DNA of 28,629 nt. It comes from an uncultured Rickettsiales bacterium. GTDB taxonomy: Bacteria; Pseudomonadota; Alphaproteobacteria; Rickettsiales; UBA1997. Of the stretch, positions 9,386 through 16,820 are shown piece by piece (position 1 is the stretch's first letter; each line of letters opens with the position of its first letter). The stretch is taken from positions 1 to 28,629 of the forward strand of contig CATOJU010000001.1 in assembly GCA_951800555.1 (NCBI GenBank), written 5' to 3'. A program made the translations under genes and the position numbers. Under the pieces are notes generated by a model. That model made no database searches, was not told the DNA's origin, and saw only the letters and a list, made by a program, of their open reading frames with translations.

Positions 9386-12300
9386 ATGGCAAAATTTATA
9401 CATTTACGAAATCATACAGAATATTCTTTATGTAGTGGAGCAATAAGAATTAAACAATTAGTAAAAATAGCCAAAGAAAATAAAATCCCCGCTCTTTCCA
9501 TAACAGACAGTAATAATATGTTTGGTGCATTAGAATTTTCTATAATGTGTAGTAGTGCCGGAATACAACCTATAATTGGTTGCGAATTAATAATTGATGC
9601 AAATCCATTATTAACAAATTCTGTAATTCAAAATAAAGATAAATTAGAAGAGAATTTTTGCAAAATTGTAGTTATAGCTAAAACAGATGAAGGGTTTTTA
9701 AATTTAATGTCATTGTTAAGTCAAAGTTATTTAAAAAGACAAGATAAAATAACACCGCATATTGATTTAAAAACCTTTTCTGAAAAAAGCAATGGGATAA
9801 TAGTATTGTCTGGTGGTTCTAGCGGAGTTTTAGGAAAAGCAATATTAAATGAAAAAATCGATAAAATAGATAAAATAATTGAATATTTTCTTAATAGTTT
9901 TGGTGATAATTTTTATATGGAAATACAAAGGCACGGTTGGAATGAAGAAATAAAAACTGAACCATATTTTTTAGAAATAGCACAAAAACATAATATCCCA
10001 TTAGTAGCAACTAATGATTGTTATTTTATAGAAAAAGATATGTTTGAAGCGCAAGATGCTTTAACATGTATAGGGACACAAAGATTCGTAAGTGAAAGTA
10101 ATAGACCAAAATTGACGCCAGAGCATTATTTTAAAACAGAAGATGAAATGATTGATCTTTTTAGGGATATTCCAGAGGCTATTGAAAATACTATAAATAT
10201 AGCAAAAAGAATATCAACTATGGCCTATACTAGAAAACCAACTTTGCCGCATTATGATTTGCCAGAAGGTGTTTCCGAAGCCGATGAAATGGAGAGAATT
10301 GCGAGAGAAGGATTAGAAGATAGATTAAAACAAAAATTTATAGTGGATGATATTAAAACGCCAGAAGAGCAAGAAAAAGTAAGAGAGGAATATACAAAAC
10401 AATTAGAATTTGAATTGGGTGTTATTAAACAAATGGATTTTCCTGGTTATTTTTTAATTGTGGCAGATTTTATAGTTTGGAGTAAAACCCACGGTGTTCC
10501 TATTGGTCCCGGTAGGGGTTCTGGTGCCGGTTCTGTAGTAGCTTGGTCTATGAAAATTACGGATCTTGATCCTATAAAATTTGAATTATTTTTCGAAAGA
10601 TTTTTAAATCCTGAACGTGTGTCAATGCCAGATTTCGATGTGGATTTTTGTCAAAGAGGTAGGGCAAGAAGTATTGAATACGTGCAAAATAAATATGGGA
10701 AAGATATGGTAGCGCAGATTGTAACTTTTGGAAAATTACAATCAAAAGCAGTTATTAGAGATGTTGGAAGAGTATTGGGAATGGGTTATAGTGATGTTGA
10801 TAAAATAAGTAAAGTAATACCTTTTGATTCAAATTTAGAAGAAGCATTGGCAATGGATGAAGATTTGAGAAGAAATAGGCAAGAAGATGGCGAAATTGAT
10901 AAATTATTTGATATAGCTATAAAACTTGAAGGATTAAATAGACATTCATCTATGCATGCGGCTGGTATAGTAATAGGTGATAAACCTTTAGAACAGATTT
11001 GCCCTTTATATTTTGATGATTCTGCCGAAATGCCTGTAGTACAGTATGATAAACATTGGTGTGAAGAAGTTGGACTTGTAAAATTCGACTTTTTAGGATT
11101 AAAAACACTTACAGTTATTAAGGATGCTTTAGATTTTATAAAGGCAATAAAAAATATTGATATAGATATTGATAATATAAGACTTGATGATAAAGAAACT
11201 TTTGATTTAATGAAAGATGCCGATACTTTGGCAGTATTTCAAATTGAATCAAGTGGTATGAAAAGTATGTTAAAGCAGATAAAACCAGATAATATTGAAG
11301 ATATTATAGCTTTAATTTCTTTATATCGTCCTGGTCCTATGGACAGTATTCCTACATATATTAAAAGAAAACATAGGCGTGAACCAATAGAATATATGCA
11401 TCCAAAAATGGAGCCAATTTTAAAAAATACCTATGGAATTATAATATATCAAGAGCAAGTAATGAATATTGCTAAATCTCTTGCTGGTTATAGTTTAGGT
11501 GGTGCTGATTTATTAAGAAGGGCTATGGGTAAAAAAATTCCCGAAATAATGGCGCAACAAAGAGGTGTTTTTGTAGAAGGTTGTAAAAATTTTAGTAATA
11601 TAGATGAAAAAAAAGGAAATGAAATATTTGATTTATTAGCAAAATTCGCAGAATATGGGTTTAATAAAGCCCACGCAGCAGCCTATAGTTTTATAAGTTA
11701 TCAAACAGCGTATTTAAAAGCACATTTTCCAGTGGAATTTATGACGGCAACTTTAAATATGGAATCTAAAGATACTGATAAAATAAATTATTATTTGCAG
11801 GATATAAAAAAACATAAAATTACTATACTTCCACCAGATATTAATAAATCCGACCCCTATTTTAAAGTAGAATTAATAGATATTGAAGGAAAAAGAAATA
11901 AACCCGATATTTACTATTATGAAAATAAAGAACTTGCCATTAGATATGGTTTAGGTATAATAAAAGGAGTTGGAATTGATTTAACTGAAAATATTAAAGA
12001 AGAAATTAATAAAAATGGAGAATTTAAAACTATTTTTGATTTTTGTGGAAGAGTTGGAACTAAAATTGTTAATAAAAAAACAATAGAATCTTTGGCGAAA
12101 TCTGGAGCTTTTGATTCTATACATAAAAACAGAAAACAAATTCACGATTCTTGCGAAATATTAAGTTCCTATGCAAGATCAAAAGAAGAAGAAAGAAATA
12201 GTATACAAATTAGTTTATTCGGTGATTTGATTGATAGCAATACAAGTGCGTTACCGAAATTAGTTAATACAGATGATTGGATAGGCTATGATAAATATCA

Positions 12301-13027
12301 AAAAGAATTTGAAGCTTTTGGTTTTTATTTAAAAAATCACCCACTAGATACTATAAAAGATGAATTAATTGCAAAAGGAATTACATTCTTTAATGAAATT
12401 GAAGAAACAATAGAAAATAATAGTATAATAAAAATGGCTGGGGTTATAATATCAACATCAATAAAATCAAATAATAAAGGCAGATATGCATATATTTCTC
12501 TTTCGGACCCTACTGGATTAGCAGAAGTATCATTATTTAATGGAGATTTGATCACAAAACATAAAGATTGGTTAGATGATAAAGAACATCATCAACTTGT
12601 TTTTGAATGCCAAATAAGAAAAGATGAATCAACTATGAGAATAAACGCTAGAGATTTTTGGCTTTTAGATGATTATTTAAAAAATACTACAGAAGGAGTA
12701 GAAAAGGTTAGAGTAATAAAAAAACGAACTCCTGAAGATTTTAAAAATTATAAGAAAAAAAAAGAAGAAGTAAAAACTGAAATTGTTACTAAAGAATATA
12801 ATCTTTTTAGTGAAGTAAAAATTCATATAGAAAATGATAAATGTTTAAAAGATTTAAGTATTATATTTGAAAAAGCACATTTCCCAGAAAAAGAAAAACA
12901 TACAAAAGTAGAATTTGTAACGGCAGATAGCTTAATTCAACTGCCAGATGAATATTGCATAACAGAAGTAGAATTGAATAGAATAAAGGGAACTTTCGGA
13001 ATTGGAAAAGTTGAAGGAAAGAATTAA
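9386..13027 (+). CDS. dnaE: DNA polymerase III alpha subunit
   Basis: PHP domain HLRNHTEYSL...ITD, GPGRGSGAGS, ERFLNPERVSMPDFDVDF, KFDFLGLKTLT, YGFNKAHAAAY. Confidence 0.98.
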   Translation: MAKFIHLRNHTEYSLCSGAIRIKQLVKIAKENKIPALSITDSNNMFGALEFSIMCSSAGIQPIIGCELIIDANPLLTNSVIQNKDKLEENFCKIVVIAKTDEGFLNLMSLLSQSYLKRQDKITPHIDLKTFSEKSNGIIVLSGGSSGVLGKAILNEKIDKIDKIIEYFLNSFGDNFYMEIQRHGWNEEIKTEPYFLEIAQKHNIPLVATNDCYFIEKDMFEAQDALTCIGTQRFVSESNRPKLTPEHYFKTEDEMIDLFRDIPEAIENTINIAKRISTMAYTRKPTLPHYDLPEGVSEADEMERIAREGLEDRLKQKFIVDDIKTPEEQEKVREEYTKQLEFELGVIKQMDFPGYFLIVADFIVWSKTHGVPIGPGRGSGAGSVVAWSMKITDLDPIKFELFFERFLNPERVSMPDFDVDFCQRGRARSIEYVQNKYGKDMVAQIVTFGKLQSKAVIRDVGRVLGMGYSDVDKISKVIPFDSNLEEALAMDEDLRRNRQEDGEIDKLFDIAIKLEGLNRHSSMHAAGIVIGDKPLEQICPLYFDDSAEMPVVQYDKHWCEEVGLVKFDFLGLKTLTVIKDALDFIKAIKNIDIDIDNIRLDDKETFDLMKDADTLAVFQIESSGMKSMLKQIKPDNIEDIIALISLYRPGPMDSIPTYIKRKHRREPIEYMHPKMEPILKNTYGIIIYQEQVMNIAKSLAGYSLGGADLLRRAMGKKIPEIMAQQRGVFVEGCKNFSNIDEKKGNEIFDLLAKFAEYGFNKAHAAAYSFISYQTAYLKAHFPVEFMTATLNMESKDTDKINYYLQDIKKHKITILPPDINKSDPYFKVELIDIEGKRNKPDIYYYENKELAIRYGLGIIKGVGIDLTENIKEEINKNGEFKTIFDFCGRVGTKIVNKKTIESLAKSGAFDSIHKNRKQIHDSCEILSSYARSKEEERNSIQISLFGDLIDSNTSALPKLVNTDDWIGYDKYQKEFEAFGFYLKNHPLDTIKDELIAKGITFFNEIEETIENNSIIKMAGVIISTSIKSNNKGRYAYISLSDPTGLAEVSLFNGDLITKHKDWLDDKEHHQLVFECQIRKDESTMRINARDFWLLDDYLKNTTEGVEKVRVIKKRTPEDFKNYKKKKEEVKTEIVTKEYNLFSEVKIHIENDKCLKDLSIIFEKAHFPEKEKHTKVEFVTADSLIQLPDEYCITEVELNRIKGTFGIGKVEGKN

Positions 13028-13184
13028 TAATTATTTTTATTTATTAAGATATTTTTTCATTATTAAAAATATTAAAAAATTCTTGTCTTTTTGTAATATT
13101 TGAAAAAAAATTTTTTTACACAGAAGGCCTATTAGTAAATTTTTTATTTCTATTAATTTTTTATAAAAAACATCAATAGAAAAT

Positions 13185-13484
13185 TTATTTTATAGTATTA
13201 ATATTAGCTTTGTCTAATTCTTTGCATATTTTTACCTGACAAGATAATCTTGAAGTAGGTGTTAAATTTATTTGTTTTTCTAGGGTATCTAATTCTTCAC
13301 TTGAAATTTCAAGTTTATCATAATGTTCTTTATCAAAAATAACATGACATTTTCCACAAACTCCATTTCCTTCACAATTTGCTTTAATATCAATATTATT
13401 TTCCAAAATAACATCCAATAAACTTTTATCTTCATCGGAATCAACAATTATCTTTTTTTTATCAACGAAAAATTCAATTTGCAT
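13185..13484 (-). CDS. fdx: 2Fe-2S ferredoxin (adrenodoxin/ISC type)
   Basis: CEGNGVCGKCHV...SRLSCQ cysteine pattern. Confidence 0.9.
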   Translation of the reverse strand: MQIEFFVDKKKIIVDSDEDKSLLDVILENNIDIKANCEGNGVCGKCHVIFDKEHYDKLEISSEELDTLEKQINLTPTSRLSCQVKICKELDKANINTIK

Positions 13485-13501
13485 AATTTATCAATTAATT
13501 T

Positions 13502-14239
13502 TTAAATCATTAACATACCACCATTAACATGTAAAGTTTGTCCGGTTATATAACCAGCTTCTTTACTTGCTAAAAATATTATAGAATTTGCAATATCTTC
13601 AGGCTGCCCCATACGACCCTCTGGAATATTTGTTAACATTTTATTTTTTTGTTCATCTGTTAAAATTTCTGTCATTGGTGTTTCTATAAATCCAGGCGCT
13701 ATACAATTAACTGTTATTCCCCTAGAGGCAACTTCTATAGCTAAACTTTTTGACATTCCAATAATACCTGCTTTTGATGCTACATAATTTGCCTGCCCAG
13801 CATTTCCCATAACACCAACTATGGAACTAATATTAATAATCCGTCCATATTTTCTTTTAATCATTTTTTTAATTGCTTCTCTATTAAGAATAAACGTAGC
13901 TTTTAAATTTACATTAATAACTTCTTCAAAATTTTCTGTCGTCATTCTAATAGACAACATATCTTTTGTAATTCCCGCATTACATATTAAAATATCAATT
14001 CCATTCATTTCTGCATCGGCTTTTGCAAATAATTCTTCAACTTCGTTTATATTATTTAAATCACATTCAAATATATGGGTTTCTGTGTTTAATTTATTTT
14101 TTAGTTTATTTAATTTTTCTTCATTTCTTCCACATAAACCAACAATTGCTTCTTGTTTTGAAAATAATTCTGCTGTAGATTGTCCTATTCCTCCTGTTGC
14201 GCCAGTGATTAGAACCTTTTGCCCTTTAAAATTCAACAT
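13502..14239 (-). CDS. fabG: 3-oxoacyl-ACP reductase
   Basis: Start ATG 14239 (MLNFKGQKVLITGATGGIG), NAGITKD, YVASKAG, GITVNCIAPGFI, GQTLHVNGGM. Confidence 0.95.
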   Translation of the reverse strand: MLNFKGQKVLITGATGGIGQSTAELFSKQEAIVGLCGRNEEKLNKLKNKLNTETHIFECDLNNINEVEELFAKADAEMNGIDILICNAGITKDMLSIRMTTENFEEVINVNLKATFILNREAIKKMIKRKYGRIINISSIVGVMGNAGQANYVASKAGIIGMSKSLAIEVASRGITVNCIAPGFIETPMTEILTDEQKNKMLTNIPEGRMGQPEDIANSIIFLASKEAGYITGQTLHVNGGMLMI

Positions 14240-14637
14240 ATATATTATTTTAATTTTTTGTATAATTAAATAAATAAAAATTATTAAAGTCAACATATTT
14301 AAAAAATATAATATATCAATTTTTTATAATTTTTTTATTAATTTTAATGATGTTTTTTAATAAATTATTGTTTTTTATCTTTAGCAGTAAAATTAAATTA
14401 TTAAAAAATATTTTAATTAATTTCTATAAAAATATTTTTAAAATACCTATCTAAAAAGTACTATCTAAAACGTAGTAAAATATATTTCAATATTGTTAAT
14501 TTTTTTAAAATTTTTCTTTCAAGACTATTTTTTATATTCTAAAAGCTTTTATTTATCAAGGAAATATATAAATTTAAACTGTAACTATTGTTGATACACA
14601 ACCTATAATGTGTATTTAATACAACTATAAATTTTTA

Positions 14638-14718
14638 TTATATATTAAATTTATTAAAATTTACCATTCTGCAACTTATCAATAATAACATTAATATCAT
14701 TGATGTTAATTTTATCAT
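14638..14718 (-). CDS. Overlapping tiny lipoprotein-like ORF (26 aa), possible o-spanin remnant
   Basis: MIKLTSMILMLLLISCRMVNFNKFNI with lipobox-like LISC, in another frame overlapping the 3' half of 14654-14791. Confidence 0.25.
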   Translation of the reverse strand: MIKLTSMILMLLLISCRMVNFNKFNI

Positions 14719-14791
14719 ATTCTCTATTTATTCCATTTTTTCTACCTAAAAAATAAGAAAATAGAATTAAAATTATTATTGTGTAATACAT
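14654..14791 (-). CDS. Small membrane protein (45 aa), possible i-spanin-like
   Basis: Manually translated MYYTIIILILFSYFLGRKNGINREYDKININDINVIIDKLQNGKF; N-terminal TM segment; lies directly after the holin-like gene. Confidence 0.4.
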   Translation of the reverse strand: MYYTIIILILFSYFLGRKNGINREYDKININDINVIIDKLQNGKF

Positions 14792-14835
14792 ATTTCTAAA
14801 ATATATTTAATTTTTCTCTATAAAAGTACATATTT

Positions 14836-15054
14836 TTATTTTCTATCTATAATATTCTGATACACTTGACTTGCACTATCTATACCTGATTTAGTAGTTA
14901 AAGCTATTAATAGAGTTAATACTCCATTATTTATATCTATGTTCTTAAATATACAAATAAAGATTATTATCCAAGTTAAAATAGTATTAATTAGTATAAA
15001 AACTATTCTATTAGATATGTTTCCATCTTTGTCTTTTAAAAAGGTATTATTCAT
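14836..15054 (-). CDS. Holin-like small membrane protein
   Basis: 72 aa with two hydrophobic segments, N-terminal LKDKDGNISNR and charged C-terminus; strong RBS AAGGAG; located at the end of the late operon. Confidence 0.55.
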   Translation of the reverse strand: MNNTFLKDKDGNISNRIVFILINTILTWIIIFICIFKNIDINNGVLTLLIALTTKSGIDSASQVYQNIIDRK

Positions 15055-15078
15055 ATTTTACTCCTTGTTTTAATGTGC

Positions 15079-15107
15079 TTGACTTTTTAATTAAATTGTT
15101 ATATAAT
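15079..15107 (+). promoter_or_regulatory. sigma70 promoter for ncRNA-1
   Basis: TTGACT (15079-84), 17 nt spacer, TATAAT (15102-07). Confidence 0.8.
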
Positions 15108-15113
15108 GTATTT

Positions 15114-15212
15114 AACAAATACGAGTTAAGAGAGGAACCCCTAGCTGGGAGTTAGTGTCTGTCTCTAGTAATGGTAAATTAGTAACCTAACCTTTTACCA
15201 ACTTGTATTTTT
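15114..15212 (+). ncRNA. Putative structured small RNA 1, convergent with nuclease gene 15195-15650
   Basis: Follows the promoter. Closing stem AAATACGAGTT (15117-27) / AACTTGTATTT (15200-10) with one G-U pair, then a T run; internal hairpins; no ORF. Confidence 0.65.
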
Positions 15213-15650
15213 CTTATAATCATAATCATAGTAAGCGGTTAATAAAAAATTAAATCTTCCATTCTCTAAAATTCTAAAACCTATAATAGCAGTTTTTCTT
15301 TTATGGGATATAGTAAATTTCTTATTATCCATATCTGCTATAATTTCCCCATTCTCTATAACTTCCACTAGAGAATCAAACAACTTACCTAAAGGTTGTT
15401 TTAGCTCTTTCCTTCTTTTAATAATATGTTGTAAACCTTTTTTATCATCTCCCCATACCAAAGCTATATTACCTATTTCTTTTCTAAAGAAAGCATCTTT
15501 TATATATCCTCTTCTTTCTTCCATAAGTTTATCTATGGCATCTCTACCTTTATAGCCTACAAATTCTTCTCCTAAAAAGCTTTTTAATTCTTCTTCACTA
15601 TTGTTTTTATCTTCTCCTTTTATTTCTATGGTTATTTTTATTTCTTTCAT
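15195..15650 (-). CDS. PBECR1-like (barnase/EndoU/colicin/RelE-like) putative ribonuclease with N-terminal leader
   Basis: GEEFVGYKGRDAI..L...G....AF...IGNIALVWGD...GLQHIIKRR and terminal strand FLLTAY match my recollection of PBECR1 domains of phage polyvalent/MuF proteins. Confidence 0.7.
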   Translation of the reverse strand: MKEIKITIEIKGEDKNNSEEELKSFLGEEFVGYKGRDAIDKLMEERRGYIKDAFFRKEIGNIALVWGDDKKGLQHIIKRRKELKQPLGKLFDSLVEVIENGEIIADMDNKKFTISHKRKTAIIGFRILENGRFNFLLTAYYDYDYKKNTSW

Positions 15651-15710
15651 AATTTATTACCTTTTTAAATTTATTAATAATTTGCATATTTAACATATAA
15701 ATTCAGTTAC

Positions 15711-15739
15711 TTGACTTTTTAATTAAATTAATATACATT
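15711..15739 (+). promoter_or_regulatory. sigma70 promoter for ncRNA-2
   Basis: TTGACT (15711-16), 17 nt spacer, TACATT (15734-39); 15710-15729 is identical to 15078-15097. Confidence 0.75.
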
Positions 15740-15745
15740 ATAACT

Positions 15746-15860
15746 AATAGTTAGGTTGAACTGCAGAAAATCGGTCCCGACTGCCGTTTGGTTTCTAACC
15801 ATACGATGGAGGGATACCCTTAAATGGGATTGACCGTCCTCCCAATCTAACTATTTTTTT
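15746..15860 (+). ncRNA. Putative structured small RNA 2 (closing stem plus three hairpins), convergent with nuclease gene 15859-16347
   Basis: Closing stem AATAGTTAGGTTG (15746-58) / CAATCTAACTATT (15843-55) with one G-U pair, ending in T7; GC-rich island with three internal hairpins. Confidence 0.7.
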
Positions 15861-16347
15861 ATTCTTTATAGTTTTTATCATCTCTTTTCCTTGTAAGCTT
15901 TAATGTTCTCCCTGTCATTTTATGTATATGAACTATTTCATAATTTTCATTATTTTCTACCATATCTATTAATACAACAGAATATCTGTCAGTCTTTATT
16001 TTTCCAATAAAATTCATATATTTTGGATTATGACCAGAAAAAACATACTCTGCTTCATATAAGGCTATTGAGATTAAAAAATTATAATCTTCTTCTTTAA
16101 CGTCCGGATGTACTTCTTTATTCCTATCTATTATACTCTTCTTAAGTAAAACAGGTTTATCCTTCTTATTCAACTCTCTCAAATCTTCCTTATTTAATCT
16201 TGGTAGATAATTATCTCTAGTAAAATCTATATTTACCATAGATTGTTTTTCTCTTATTTCCTCTAGTGTTGTAAATTCACTGGATTCTTCTTTATTATCA
16301 TTTTCTCCTTCTATTTCTATTTTCACTGTTATAATTTCCTTTGTCAT
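15859..16347 (-). CDS. PBECR2/3-like putative nuclease with N-terminal leader
   Basis: LP.L....L..L....KPVLLKKSIIDRNKEVHPDV..EDY...YSVVLIDM...YEIVHIHKM resembles PBECR-family domains (recalled). Confidence 0.6.
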   Translation of the reverse strand: MTKEIITVKIEIEGENDNKEESSEFTTLEEIREKQSMVNIDFTRDNYLPRLNKEDLRELNKKDKPVLLKKSIIDRNKEVHPDVKEEDYNFLISIALYEAEYVFSGHNPKYMNFIGKIKTDRYSVVLIDMVENNENYEIVHIHKMTGRTLKLTRKRDDKNYKE

Positions 16348-16370
16348 TTGTAATCCTTTTATTTGTTGAT

Positions 16371-16399
16371 ATTATACACTAATTTTTCCCATTTAGCAA
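16371..16399 (-). promoter_or_regulatory. sigma70 promoter for the nuclease cassette
   Basis: Minus strand TTGCTA (16399-94), 17 nt spacer, TATAAT (16376-71) preceded by TG; RBS AAGGA before the ATG at 16347. Confidence 0.7.
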
Positions 16400-16411
16400 G
16401 TGAAATAACCA

Positions 16412-16810
16412 CTAAAATGGAGACTTTTCAAACTCATCCTCATCTATTTTTATCTTGTTTAGTTGCTCTTCTGTTTCTGCTTCATTTATTTGCTTGATTA
16501 AATAATCATAGATATATACATTACTACTATGGAACTTTTTAAATTCTTCTTTTTCTTCTTCTGTACCAAAGATAGCTATATTATTTTGTTTATACTGTGG
16601 ATAGTTATTATAGAAATAATTTTCTACATTTATCTTTAAACTATTTAACTTTTCTTTTTTTATATCATCTAGATTAAGTTTTTGTTTAATACCTTTTAAT
16701 TCATTATCAGATTTAACAATAATCAAATTGTTCTTATTACAATAGCTGGCAAACTTTGCTTATTGTAATTGAGTATATGGTTTTTTTAAAATATTTTTGT
16801 TTTCTGTCAT
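16412..16810 (-). pseudogene. Tail fibre assembly/chaperone-like gene with in-frame TAA
   Basis: ATG 16810 with RBS AAGGT reads MTENKNILKKPYTQLQ*AKFASYCNKNNLIIVKSD...; TAA at 16762-16760 is in frame with track ORF 16412-16726. Confidence 0.7.
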
Positions 16811-16820
16811 TTTATACCTT

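Noticed and set aside
14445-14472. Short direct repeat TA(C)CTATCTAAAA x2
   Set aside because: Too short and AT-rich to assign a function.
14590-14630. dif/att-like site at the prophage edge (TACACA-ACCTATAA-TGTGTA inverted repeat)
   Set aside because: The XerD arm does not match TTATGTTAAAT, no second copy is in the window, and no integrase is visible; cannot be supported.
15746-15860. tRNA gene or known ribozyme for ncRNA-1/2
   Set aside because: No T-loop GTTCRA, D-loop GG in tRNA spacing, or CCA end; no hammerhead CTGATGA/GAAA core was seen.
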